This document shows, piece by piece, positions 1 to 12,713 of a DNA stretch of 64,000 nucleotides; within the stretch, counting starts at the first letter, position 1, and each line of letters starts with the position of its first letter. The notes under the pieces are model-generated. The model saw only the letters and a list, made by a program, of their open reading frames with translations. It did no database searches and was not told where the DNA came from. The translations under genes and the position numbers were made by a program. This DNA is from Camelus ferus (Eukaryota): NCBI RefSeq assembly GCF_009834535.1, contig NC_045697.1, positions 65,164,001 through 65,228,000 on the forward strand. The letters are read 5' to 3'.

Positions 1-277
1 ACTCTTAAAAATAACTTAAAGGGCAGAGCACAGCCAGCCAAGCTGGATTCAACCTGGCTTCCCTAGCCTCACCTGTCCTGCAGCTGCTCTTCCCTAATGG
101 CCAGTAATACAAGCCCAAAGCTGCAATAATTCTCTCAAATGGTCCCATTGCCTTTACCTTCCTTTCTTCCTATCAGCTCCAGATGGTCTCTCTCTCTCTT
201 CTTTTTTTTTTTCTGTATAAAATCCAAAACTTGGTAATTGTTTTAAGAAAGACATTAAAAGGTAGTAAATTAGAAAC

Positions 278-372
278 AGTGTAGGGAATATAATTAAGAA
301 CATGATCCTGAACTCAGCTTGCCTATGTTCAGATTCTTTGCTCTGCCACTTAATTTTGTGACATTAGATTCA
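278..372 (+). mobile_element. MIR SINE fragment
   Basis: cttgcctatgttcagattctttgctctgccacttaattttgtgac resembles the MIR 5' region; boundaries approximate. Confidence 0.55.
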
Positions 373-2639
373 CAAACCGTATTATTAGATAATTTAAATT
401 GTGAAATTTTAATCATATTTAATATTTACAAGTAATTTAATTTGAAACCAAAATTAAGAGATTTTTTTTAAGGTAAAGCTTGAGTGCAATGTTATATTAC
501 AATTACGACCATGTCTTCATGATAAAAGAAATGGTATGAGGTTACCCAGGCTAAACTGATGGTCTGTTCTAATATCCCCATGACATTTTTCTTTTCAAGC
601 CTAACAGATGACTTTTATTTTAATTTTATTAGGCATAAAATGAAATCTTAAAATTCTATAAAAAGTACAAAGGAATCCTCCTGTTTGCATAAAGATATTA
701 ACAACATCATTTTATCTCAAGATCATTAAACATTCCCATGCATGTGCTACTGTAGCACAGATTCTCATTACTGAAAAAGAGAAGACCAATAGATGGTCAG
801 GACTTTAGTTTTATATAACTTTTCTGATCACAAATAGGCAAAAACTATACTATCAAATGTAGGTTTAAAATGGAATTGCATCTATTAATACTAAAGAAAA
901 CTTAAAGCGGTATGCAGCCAACCTTTTATATTAAGGGAAAAAACTCATAAAACATAAGAATTGTGATAACTTTTTAATTATACAATATATTTATTGGAGT
1001 TGTTTGTATTTTTTAAAAGAAAAGTTTAAGAGAAAATAAATCAATAGTTATTCTATATTTAGATACAGGCCCATTAACAATTAATATTTGAGGTATTTTT
1101 GTAGTCTTTTAAAATTTACTCACAAAACACAAAATTCTGAAAAAGATTACCTTTCTATTTGTCAAAATGACTAGAGCATTCTTTTAAAAGCTTCTTATAT
1201 AATTTTAATAGTCTTATTGGAAGTATTACAGATGTTTATCTAAAACTATTTCACTAGACAACAGAAAAATTTGTGTCTTAGAAGAGAATTTAAATTCAAA
1301 AGACATGTTAAGTAATTAAAACATCACAAATGTTAATAGTATTATTTAACAACATATTTCTATTATAAGGAAGATAGATACTTAGTAGAAAGCATTTATG
1401 AAGGAACTGACATTTACTTTTGATAATGGATTTGCAAAATGGAAAAGAATTAGGAAACTTGGCTTCTTTTTTCATAACAAAAAAGAAAACTTTAAAAAGT
1501 TTTTGTGTTTTCAACTCTGGAGGAATGTATTTGTTTATATATTTCTGATACTTCAGGACTTAAATTTATAAGCAGGAAATATGTAAAATATATTATCCAG
1601 TAAAATGGATAGCATCCTAATTATTCTCTTTGGCTGTAAGGCATTTATTTATTCAGAAGAAGGATAATCCTACTGGCAATATACATAGCATTGTTTTATC
1701 CCTTTCTGTTTTCCTCTGAGAGATGAATTTTGTTTCTGAAAGTACCAAGGTAATAAAGATAACAGTAAGGGCTCAAAGTTAGGAATATTGGCTCAGACTA
1801 TGTCAAACATTTAGTTAAGGTAATGTAGTGACATAAAAAGTGAAACATAACTTATTATCAAAAAAAAAAAAAGCAACTTGTTGATGACCATTTTTACCTA
1901 ATTAGAATGTCTTTTGCAGGTTTATCATCTGGCAATGCTTAGGTATTTCCCTTAAATAATTTGTAATTAAAAGTAGAATGAGAATTAAGTATAAATTAAG
2001 ACACCAATTATCAGACTTAAATGAGTATATTTCTTTATTTTGAATGAAGTGCAGTCTTTTGAGCCTATTATTACAACTCTTTTTTAAAAAAGAGATGAAA
2101 GAAAATTACCTGGCAAAACCTGAACTATTTTGCAGAAGATACTATATGTGTGTGTGATTATAAATTAACACAGCCTAAAAATGATTTCAATCAAAGATAC
2201 TTGTAGTAAGAAGAGATGTATAGACATAGGTAACCTAACATGAGTATAATTTCCAGATCAACTGTAATGACAGTTGTAGCTTAAACTCTAATCATGACTT
2301 GAAAAACAAACTTAAAGATGATTTTTATATCAGAAGATAAGTGAGCTTTTCTCACAAAGTGTTGCATTCAGGCTTGTAAATGGATCATTTAGCTTTTGGG
2401 AAAGTTAGGATAATTTATCTTACTTAGTGAAATTAGCTCATAGTGTATTTCAACTGGCTGCAAGGAAAATTTTCTTTAGCTAATTATTCCTTTCTTTTAT
2501 TTTTTTAACTCTTCACTTCTGGGTCCAATGTTATGAAATCATGATATTTGCTTTCACTTTGTTTGCAACAGGAAGTTTGTGTAAACTTTCTTAGGCATTA
2601 CATCCAAGATATTTGATATTTTATTTGTTTGCTTTATAT

Positions 2640-3650
2640 TGTTTTATATATGATAGTACATATTTATAAAGTACTGTACTTCTGTACTACAAGCAGTACA
2701 GAAATATAGAGAACATTTCCTTCACTGCAACATCATTATTCCCACTCTGCAGAAATTTATGTATCTTCCCATAAATTTTATGTGAATGCTAAAGCAAATA
2801 TACAACAAAGTGTATGTGTATATATGTGTATGTATGCAGACAAGTATGTATGTGTATGTATATATGTATATGTACACAGATAAATGCATATGTTTGCTTA
2901 AATATATGCTTGTACTTGTATATGTGAATTTATATATATATTTATATATTCATATATGGATATATAGAGAGGAGACAGCTTATCCTTTTTAATACACCAA
3001 ATATATGATTTAAAATTTTTATTTCATAACAACTCTAGTAGATTCTTATTCTTCTATAAATTTAGTCTGTTTTATAGATGCTCCATAATTTATTTTTTCC
3101 AGTCATCTATTGCTGTACATTTAGGGATTTTTTTTTAGGGGGGAGCGTTGTCTTGGCTATTTGCATGCTTGCTATTATGAACAATGTGTTGAATGTGTTA
3201 GACCATAACCTTTCCAAAATTTTTCAGGAGTACATTTTTAATAAAAAAAATACCTAGTCAAAGAAATAGTGCATTTAAAAATTTGACAGATATTTCTGGA
3301 TTATCGTCTAAAATTTCTGAATCAAAATGCTTTCATAACATTGTGTCGAAATTTACCCTTTGCCAACATGGTAATTTCAAAAAATTTATCTTGTTTTAAA
3401 CTGTCTTTAAATATCTGTCTATAAACAATTTGTATTTCCTTTGTTATTAACTGTTGCTTCAAGTATTTTATTCATTTTTCTTATTTTGCTTAACTCTGCT
3501 TACTGATTTTAAAAGCTATTTATAAAGTAATGTACTTTTTTTCCTGTTATGAGTTAGGCAATATTTCCTCCAAATGATCATTTAAAATAGTTTTCATTTC
3601 TAGTATTTTTTTCAGTTGAGTTTAATATTTTTAAACCATATTTTTAATAC
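2640..3650 (-). mobile_element. Old L1 (L1ME-like) 3' region, degenerate, with an internal TATG/TA low-complexity tract (about 2810-2970)
   Basis: Antisense L1 motifs: ccagtcatctattgctgtacatttagg, gctattatgaacaatg, aatttgacagatatt, tttgtatttcctttg. Confidence 0.55.
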
Positions 3651-3747
3651 TCAATAATATGTCATCACACAACCACAATCAAACAGAAAAGCTAACAGAA
3701 TACATTGATACTATTTAGGTGTAAATAATGAAACAGTGCCTCCTTTT

Positions 3748-3950
3748 TTAAAAAAAATTCTACTAGTATTTTAGAGGCAGGTTGTGGGGGAAGGGAAGTA
3801 ATTAGGTTTGTTTGTTAGTTAGTTTGTTTGTTTGTTTGTTTATTTATTTATTTATTTATTTATTTATTGTTAATAAATACTGAGATTGAACCCAGGACCT
3901 CAAGCATGCTAAGCACTCACTTCACCACTGAGCTGTACCCCTTTCCCACC
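3748..3950 (-). mobile_element. tRNA-Ala-derived SINE, camelid vic-1-like, with 14-bp TSD
   Basis: Minus strand reads GGGGTACAGCTCAGTGG (A box)...CTTAGCATGC...GGTCCTGGGTTCAATCTCAG (B box), then (AAAT)n/(AAAC)n and AAACCTAATTAC. Perfect direct repeat cagtgcctcctttt at 3734-3747 and 3951-3964. Confidence 0.9.
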
Positions 3951-4154
3951 CAGTGCCTCCTTTTAAGAAAATTTAATTAAGGGATTAAATTGTATGTCCC
4001 CAAATTATACCTAAGTGTGAAGGTGTGTGTATATGTATGTATGTGTGTAATGTATCTTTGGAGAGCAACCGTTAGTTAGTGTGTAGAAACAGCTGTTTTA
4101 GCATTGCTGTTGATATATTGTTGCTTACAATTTCCTGAATGATATTTTGTATGA

Positions 4155-4390
4155 AAGTGTTTCTCCAAATGCTAATAACTATTCCAAGAAATAGAGAAGT
4201 CAATAATGAAATATTTGGGGGAAAACTGCATAAGATATTCATCTCTTAGAGGTATCCAATAGGCCATCAAAAATCTGAAGAAAGCTGACAGTAAGGAAAT
4301 GTGTTTAATTTCAGTATTTCTCAAGTCATTTACCCACATATCCTTTCCTTGTAGAACATTTTTACCAGTACTCTAAGTGGAAATTCTAGT
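4155..4390. mobile_element. hAT-Charlie non-autonomous DNA transposon relic (Charlie4z-like)
   Basis: atatttgggggaaaactgcata...ctgaagaaagctgacagtaaggaaatgtgtttaa...tttctcaagtcatttacccac follows the recalled consensus; highly diverged. Confidence 0.5.
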
Positions 4391-7300
4391 AGGGCTAATA
4401 GTGTGGTCTTTTCTGACAAGGTGTTAAAATTGGAAATTTTAAAAAGAGAAGTAAAGAACATTCCAAATATGAACTATAATTTTTAATAGTTTATCCTAAA
4501 CCTTAAAAAGCAGTGGTATATGCCTTGAAGTGGGGATCAAGACAGTGATATAGTTGCCCCAAATATCTTACACTGAGATACTTTTACTCTCCATAAGTCA
4601 AATGAGTTAATAGTATATGACAATATGATGTATGGTACTTTTGCTTCTTGGATGTAGAGAAGTAGATGGTAAAATAAAAATTTTTTAAATTCAAATATAT
4701 TTATCTTATTCTAAACTAAGGAATAGTAGTCTAACTATAATTGTGTTTTTATAGCACTCAAAAAGCTTTAACTGTATAAAACTTTCTATAGTTCACTGAA
4801 ACAGAATAAAATGCTAAAAAGCATTAGTCTGTTTTTTTTTCCCCTCTGAGTTTCTTCTAGCAGCTCATTTTCTAGTGGGGAAAAAGGGAAACTTTCTATC
4901 AGAAACAATTTACAAACCATTTCAATTAAATCTTTTACCTAAAGTGATCCTATTAGTGCAAAATAGAATGAAAAGCCCGGCTCAGAATTCTATTCTGTGC
5001 CTCATTAATTGAAAACTTGTCATTTCTTTTTATAAATGCCATACTTTCAAGACCTACTAAGATCATTTTAGTTCTGTAAGTCTTCTTTAATGAGATTCCA
5101 AAATGTGTTAAGCAAACCGGATCTATTCAAATGAGACCTGACTCTTTCTGGGATACAAATGCCTAGCAATTTCTGTTCATGAGTATGCAGTAGATTTACA
5201 GGGATAATGCCAAGGGATGCTCTTGATTCGTAGAGGTCCCAGGGCATTAGTTATATACGTATATTGTAAATTTTATTATGAGAACTTTAAAAAATACATA
5301 AGGTTACTTAGCTATAAATTTCTCGAGTTCTGGGGATTTAACATTCCCTTCTAAAGTTAAGAAAATTTGCCTATATAATTTATTACAAATTTTAAAACTT
5401 AATAGTTTAGCATAAAGCATGAACATTTTCAGAAAACAGATTTTAAACATTGCAAAACTCGTGTGTTTCACACTAAGTTTGTTAAGGTTCTTTGGTTCTA
5501 TAGTTTGATTGGAGCAGTGATTTCAATGGCAGATGTAATTGTCATAATTAATGAACTGAACACTTAAGATCTGTGTATATTGTTATATGTAAATTAAGCC
5601 TCAATTTAAAAGAGTACCTTAGTTACCATTAATTCCTTCTTCTCGTTATTTCTGATATCTACTAACACATTGAAATAAAAGTATAAGGATTACATTAATA
5701 TAGCATTATTCGTTTGTCCGTAGACGTTAAATATTCTATACTTTAACGAAACAAGAAGAGAAAGTGGAAGAGAGTAAAAAGGTGAGTGAGGCTCTATTTT
5801 ATCTCTGTGATGCTGAGAAATAACTAAAATGGCCATTAGCTCTATTGGACCCATATCCTACAAGTGTATTTAGAGTGTATTGCTTAATGATAGTGTGCTC
5901 TTCATCACAAACTTAGCAGACAGTATGCCTTCAGTAAATACTTGTTGATAAGAGGAGGGAAGGAGGGAAAAAAAGAAAAGGAGAGAAGGAAAGAGAGAAA
6001 GAGAAAAAAATGAAGGAAGGAGGGAGAGAATTTTAATCCAAGGCTACACAAGCATTTGGAAATATTTGAGTTCTCAGAGAGTACATCTCTGTAAGAGAGA
6101 GGAAACAATGAAAACTCTCTATGTAAATTTATGCTGAGCACCATTTCAGTTTATGCTTCATTATATTCTTCGGGATTAAATATTAGCTGTATTTAACATA
6201 TTTACTAGTTCCCTGGTGTACTGCAGGCTCTATGCCCTATTGTGGAATTAATTAGTGAGATTAGCTAGCAATGTGGGTCCATATAACTGAGTATCCCCTT
6301 CAACCTGTAGATGTGTTTTGTTTGTCCCACTTACATTTTTCTCATCACAAAATAGAGTTTCCTAGTTGTCAGCTAGGAGTGGCACAAATCTTTGCTTAAA
6401 ATGGATTTAAGTAATTTAAGCCTGCCGATACCAGGTAGGATTTGTATGTATGCACGTCATTGTTTTAGGTGGTTGAATTTGCCCCATTTACCAGCTATAA
6501 TATTAAAATATATTAATTTTAAAGTTTCTAACATTGGGACCAAACCAAACTAATTTTGTAGCAAAGTAGGTTAAAAAGAGTCAGAAATAAACTTTAAATA
6601 CAAGCATTTTCGCTAAGTAACATGGTTCTAACAACCCTCCCATAGGAGGAAGTAGATAAGCAAGTATCTACTGAAATGTGAAACATGATCTTTATCAAGT
6701 TATTCTGCATCCAATTTTTATGTGTATTCCAGTGTTAACTGCCACCTCTCCAAATTAAAATATTATTTATTTAAAGAGAAGTTCCATTTAGATTTATAGA
6801 TCTGGATCCATGTTAATTTGGAAAAAATTAATATCTCAATTTGTAATTGTGTTTGTAAACATATTCATTACTCAAAATAAAGTGAAAAGAAAGGAAAGTG
6901 AATAAAATTCATTTAAAAAATCCATTCTGTATTCTAACTGCCTTTCATTAAGGGAAGCAGTGTAACAGCAAGGAAGTAACACATGTTTTTGACTAGCAAA
7001 CTGTGAAGAGAAAGTAGCTTTTCTCCCTCTTTGTCCGTAGTTACTATCTTCCCTTTCATCAGTTATAATCAATTAGTATTTAACAGGGATTTATGGTTTT
7101 ATTTATAATCTGTTTCTGCTTTATTCAAATGCTTTCTGAGGTTTGCTTTGTAGCTTGATGTTATTTTTTTTACACATTAAGCTCATTATAAAATGATTTA
7201 TAGGGAACATTTGGCCTCACAGTCTACTTTAAGCACAGGACAACATATGGATGATTAGGAAATAACTGTTCTATTTGAAGATAAACATGTCTCATCTGTA

Positions 7301-7532
7301 CAGAACTAAGTACGTATACTTTACACGTGAAACACCCTGGTATCCCAGGCTTGACTTTATTTCTTATCACCAGAAATATCTGCCATTTTATGATGTATTT
7401 CTAAACTGGCCAAGTGTATTTTAAAGTTTGAAAATCAGTTCCATTATATTTTAGTCCACAAGTACTTTGAGATTTACTTTGATATTACAGAAATAGAATG
7501 GTGGAGAAAAGGGTATTCAAAACAGAGTTGCA

Positions 7533-7535
<3 letters not shown>

Positions 7536-7580
<45 letters not shown>
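7536..7580. repeat. (TG)22 microsatellite
   Basis: Perfect dinucleotide run read directly. Confidence 0.98.
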
Positions 7581-7584
<4 letters not shown>

Positions 7585-9064
7585 CAGCATTCTAAGTAAG
7601 CGCTTGAAAATTAATCCTCCAGCCATCACTCATCTTTGCCTGATTGGCATCTTAGGTGTTTTATGCTGGACAAAGCTTATTATGAATATCTAAACTTAAA
7701 AATGGACTTTCTAAAAGTTTTTAAAAGAATATAGGAAATTGTATTCAAATTTTTATGTTTGGTATTACTGGCCAAGACCAAATGAAATTTGTAATTTTTT
7801 TCATTCATTTATAATTTTACACTTGCACTGTGCATGTTTTAACTTGCATACTGTTTGGAAATACAAAGAAAGTCAATGACCTGAAAACTTACCATTTTTA
7901 CTAAGTGACACCAAGAATAGGCAGGTCATGAAAATGGAAAGGATGTTTGTACAGATGTGAAGTGCAGATGTTATTCAGAATTGAAATGAAGAAAAAGGGA
8001 GAGTAAGAAAATTGCCTCTTGGCAAATCAACTGAGGAATGCAGTCAACATTTTTTGTTTGTTCGTTTTACATATAAAATCATTTTTCAGTTCTTCTGGAA
8101 CTATATATAGGGCAGTGGGGCTTTCGTTGTAGTGGTGATTTATTTGTTTTCATCTGGCTACTATTTATTTGGAATGTCGTTATTAGCTATTTATCAGAGG
8201 TTAGAACAGTCATATAAATTCTTACGGTCAGTGTGCCCAATGTCTTAGTTTAATTCATTAATTTATAACAGTTGGACACTCTATATTTCACATTTCATTA
8301 CTAACGCTAACATTCACAAAGGAAGCATTGAAGAGAACATTGAGGTGGGATGGTACAACTTCATAGCATGCTTAGAAAATAAAGCTCAAGTAAGTACTGT
8401 GTATCACTGGGCAAAGGATGAGTATACTAAGTAGTTGGATACGTATAAACAGCTCTCTTTCTCCTGGGCTTTAAAGAGGGTATCTGCAGGCAAATTTAAT
8501 TACTCTTTCCTAATAGTGTTGTAGTTTCACAGTGAAAAGGCTCAGTGATTCAGAACACATTCATATATTATTATCTTATTTCTGGAGATAAGGGGAAGAA
8601 CAGATAAATTCTCAAACATTCACTGATTTTTACAATGAGATTCAGAGCTTAATAAACATTTTTCTATCTTCAAATTCTCTTATTGAGGGTAGATAACAAT
8701 ATACTTAAACATACGTGATAGCTTACTTTGTTAAAAGAAAGAACTGAAGAACAAATTTTAAAACTTAGGGAACAGTTTTTATTTTTCCATGGCAGGTTGT
8801 TAATGCAGTAACTCCAGGAACACAACACATACCTATTAATAAGAATGGAAGATTCTAATCCAGATCTAAGTTATCTAAGGTACTATTTTATCAGCAACAT
8901 TAAAACAGTATTATCGATAAATGTTTTTAAGTTTGGTTAGCTCTGTTCTTCATTTGGCAAGTAGGAAATCACAAGGACAAAAAGCCCATATAGTACACCT
9001 AATCCACACTTGGAAGAATTTTTGTTACATACTCTTTTTTTAGAAAAAAGAGAGTCAGGCTCTT

Positions 9065-9880
9065 TCTTCATTTATTCATCCAACAAATATTCATTTAATA
9101 CACAGAATTTACCAAGTACCACTTTGGGCATGAGAACAGTGAATAAATTTGACAAAGCCCATAGGCTCATGATGCATAAGTGGTGAGGAAGAATGTGGTG
9201 AGGATGAATGTGATGAGAAAGATGGGATCACTAATAAACACATAAATATATCAAAGATAATGCCAGGTAGTGACAGGCAGTGTTAGTTTTGATGGAGTCT
9301 TTAGAGGAGGTATTTGGAGCAGAATCTTGAAGGAACAAAGTGAATTCCTCCAGAAGGGTCAGGGATGACAGAGGCAGGGGAATGCTTAGTGTGTCCACGG
9401 AACAGCAACATGAACACTGCTGGAAGAGAGTGAGTGCATGCCCAGGACAATAGGAAATGAGACTGGGGAGAGATGCAAAAGATGGAGCCTTTTAAAGGGG
9501 GGGGACATGTTTTATAAGGTTTTTATAAAGAGGAGGGACATGTTTTATCATGTTTTACAAGACAGACCATGGAACCTTGGACTACTGTGAGAGAAGTGGA
9601 TATGCAAAGAAAATCTGATTTGGGAATCACTTTAAAAGCAGAACCAACTGCACTTGTTGACGGATTGAATGTGGCTGTGAGATAAAGATACTTTCTCTGA
9701 TGATTTCTAGGGTTTAGGACTTGGGCAACCCTTGGGGTAAATGGAAATAAGAGGTTTGGCAGAGGGAGGAGTAGGAAATTAAGAGTCCTATGTTTCTGTT
9801 TGATTATGTTTTGATGGGTTTTTTTAAAGACGTAATTGTAATAGACTAAGTAGACAACTGGATGTGGAAGTCAGGGAGAG
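9065..9880 (-). mobile_element. L2 LINE 3' part
   Basis: Starts catttattcatccaacaaatatt (antisense L2 tail); later gcagaaccaactgcacttgttgacggattgaatgtgg and agactaagtagacaactggat. Confidence 0.75.
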
Positions 9881-9882
9881 AT

Positions 9883-10411
9883 TTTTAAAAGAAAAATTGT
9901 GAGACAGAGTTAAACAATTAAGGAAGACTTTATTCAGGTGTTTTACAATTGGGGTCAAGACTGTTGCAGTAGGAAGGAGAGACTGAAGTCAACTCTGCTG
10001 AAACAAAAGGCTAAAGAATTTGTAAACACTGGGGTGAATAGTGGAAAAGTACTTGAGGATGTTAGTAGGGAGGTTGGTCAATGTGATTAGGCCATCTGTG
10101 TTTGCTGATTGGTGCTTATGGAAGTTAGTCTCCTATATTCCCAGGGACTGGGAGATGGGGCTCTTATCTTTTTTTGCTTTATTACTATTTAAAGGGATGG
10201 TTCCCAGGTCTTTGAGAAAGACATTCTTGTGTTGCAAAACTGGCAAGTTATTGGGAGAAGATTAATATCTCAAAGGAGCAGAGAAGAATTTATAATTGCA
10301 AATATTCTAAAGTTAACACTAAGAAAAAAGAGATTGGGTGCCTATAGTCAGGAAGAAATCTATCTAAAGTTCAGTCTAGCTGAGAGGAACCTTAAAACCA
10401 TCTTGGTAACA
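9883..10411 (-). mobile_element. ERV1 solo LTR, MER31-like, adjoining or nested in L2
   Basis: Minus strand begins TGTTACCAAGATGGTTTTAAGGTTCCTCTCAGCTAGACTGAACTTTAGATAGATTTCTTCCTGACTATAGG and has AATAAAGTCTTCCTT near its end; about 530 bp. Confidence 0.8.
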
Positions 10412-10559
10412 TCCCAATCTTGGGATATACCATATTGTGACAATTTGAGGATTGTGTGACCCATTCAATTGGAAAAAAAAAAGAACTACAGGGTCCAAAG
10501 AAAGAGAAACTTTCATCAGATGAATTTTGAATTAAAGACATTTTTCAACCTTTGCTTAA

Positions 10560-12065
10560 CCTCATCCCTCTCGAGCTGCCACTCCAGTTTTCACTCCTTC
10601 CACCTATATCAATTCTTTCCATTCTCTTTTCTATCATCTTACAAATTCACTTCAGTCATACTTCCACACAGTCTACCATCAAAACTAATCTTTCCAAGTC
10701 ATCACTGTTTTTATGTTGTTCAATCCAGTGGTCAATTTGCAGTCCTCATCTTAATTACCTGAAATATTTGAACTGGTTGGTTGATCTCTTCCTCCTTCAT
10801 ATCCCCTCCCCCCGCCTTTTTTTGTTTAACTGGTATCGTTGGCCCACTCTCTCCCAGTTTTCTTTTACCTGATTTCTCTTTCTCATCACCTTTCCTTGTT
10901 TCCCCTCAACTCCCTGACCTCTCAGCACTGGCATGTTCTTTACCTAAACTCATCTCTAAAGAGAATTCACTCTTACAGCTTTCAGTACCATCGTATGCTG
11001 ATGAATCTTATGTTTACAATGCCAGTCTCAGCCACGACCCCCCAGACTCCACACTCATATGTTTAACTGCCTATTCTAAATCTCCACATGCTTACTTTAA
11101 ATCTAAACTGTTGAAGTCCTAAACTGAACCCTTTAAGCTTGGTCCTCTCACTTCAATTTCAGCAAAGGTAGCTACTTCCTACTGCTTGCTCAGACAAAAT
11201 TTCTTAGTTATCCTAGACTTTTCTTCGTCTTCATATTCCATATCCATATCACGGAGCTTTTACAATCTCACCCAGAATCTGATTATTTCCCAAACCTCCA
11301 TGGCTAATTTCCTGATCCAAGATTCCATTTTCTTTTTCCTGAATGAAAGCAGTAGACTATTAACTGTTCTTTTTTCATCTATCCTGCCCTACTAGTCTTT
11401 AAAAAAACAAAACAAAACATGACAACCAGAAGAAACTCTTTGAGATGTAAGTCAGATCTCTCAGTCATCTGCCCTGAATATTCCAATGGCTTCACTTTCC
11501 ACTCTGAGTAACAGCCACAATTTATAAAATGCCTTCAGGATACCTTCAAGATCACGTAAGTGGTTTGCCTTTTTTAGCTTTTTGATCTTTTATCAGCCAG
11601 TACTCTCTCATTCTATCTTAACATTCTAGCGTAGAAGCTTCCTAGCTGTTCCTGCAGCAAGCCGAGTACCATCCTATCCCGGAACTTTTACACCTTCTGT
11701 TTTACTTTGTCTGCTTCCAGCCATCCACATAGCTCTTCTCTTCTTCGGGATTCTGCTCCAATGGAGTCTATGAGTGAGACCATCCTTAGCACCTATGTAA
11801 AATAACAATTCCCACCTGACTCCAGGACTTTTTTTTTTTCTTCCTTTCATGCTTTCTTTTTCTCCATAATATTTTCACCACTTGGTGAACACTTATTCTG
11901 CTTATTTATTTGTTCATCACTTGTCTCCTATTCTGCACCCTTCCCGTGAGGGTATATGATTCATGAGGGCAACAGATTGAATCTCTATTGTTCATTGTAG
12001 TTTCTCCTGAGAATACAGAGGGAATATGTGGTTGATGCTTAAAAAACTACTTTCAGAATGACTGA
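10560..12065 (+). mobile_element. L2 LINE, ORF2 3' remnant plus 3' UTR
   Basis: Pyrimidine-rich L2 motifs: ccagtggtcaatttgcagtcctcatctta, gatgtaagtcagatc, ttccaatggcttc, tcatgagggcaacaga, ending gaatgactga. Confidence 0.8.
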
Positions 12066-12537
12066 AGATGGTGCATAGAATTTTGGCTTTATGATGGATG
12101 ACATAATCTTATTTTCATTATGTTGCATTTATTATTTTCTGTCATTATTTTTGTTTCTTCACTTCTGTATGGAATTGTATCCAAACCCTAGCTCAGATGC
12201 TCTTCACTTCCATTTTAAGAGTGATGTATTCTCTGGGACCCCTGAAATGTTTCAGCCTGAACCACCAACTAAAGGGTACATACTAGGCAACTGTCAAATG
12301 ACTAGCACTGCTGATAGACACAGAGTCCTTATTACTAAGTCATTTATAAATATTGAAGGGAAAACTCATAAATCCATTTAAAATTCCACAGTTCTGTCAT
12401 ATAATTTGTGAATAAAGCACCCATTCATATAGTCGTATCAACTATTCAGTAGCATCTTGCTGCCCACAGGAGAGCTGTGTGGTATGACCCCTCGTCTTCC
12501 CAGCTGTCCTTTTCTTTGCTTCTTCTTTACTCTCTGC

Positions 12538-12713
12538 CAGGGCTGGTTTCAGGTGTATTTGACCTGTGCAGTCTCACTGAACTCCACATTTAGGAGGCCC
12601 CACATCTGATTTTGTGCTCTGCTGTTATTGTCTTGAACTTCTTAATAGTCTTTAATCAAGAGGTCCTCGTTTTTATTTCTAAGTAGGCCTTGAAAATTAT
12701 GTAATTGGTCCTG
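12538..12713 (-). mobile_element. MER53 hAT DNA transposon with perfect 8-bp TSD
   Basis: Ends cagggctgg...ttggtcctg (TIRs); TSD ctctctgc at 12530-12537 and 12714-12721; internal tgctctgctgttattgtcttgaacttcttaata matches MER53. Confidence 0.85.

Noticed and set aside
2680..2703. 9-bp hairpin ttctgtact/agtacagaa; similar 8-bp stems at 6651-6672 and 52251-52273
   Set aside because: Stems this short are expected by chance in AT-rich DNA.
3875..3950. tRNA-Ala gene on the minus strand
   Set aside because: Degenerate stems, SINE tail and TSD show it is a SINE head.
10041..11395. Cluster of 69-113 aa ORFs
   Set aside because: They lie in LTR and L2 relics; no recognisable host protein or splice structure.
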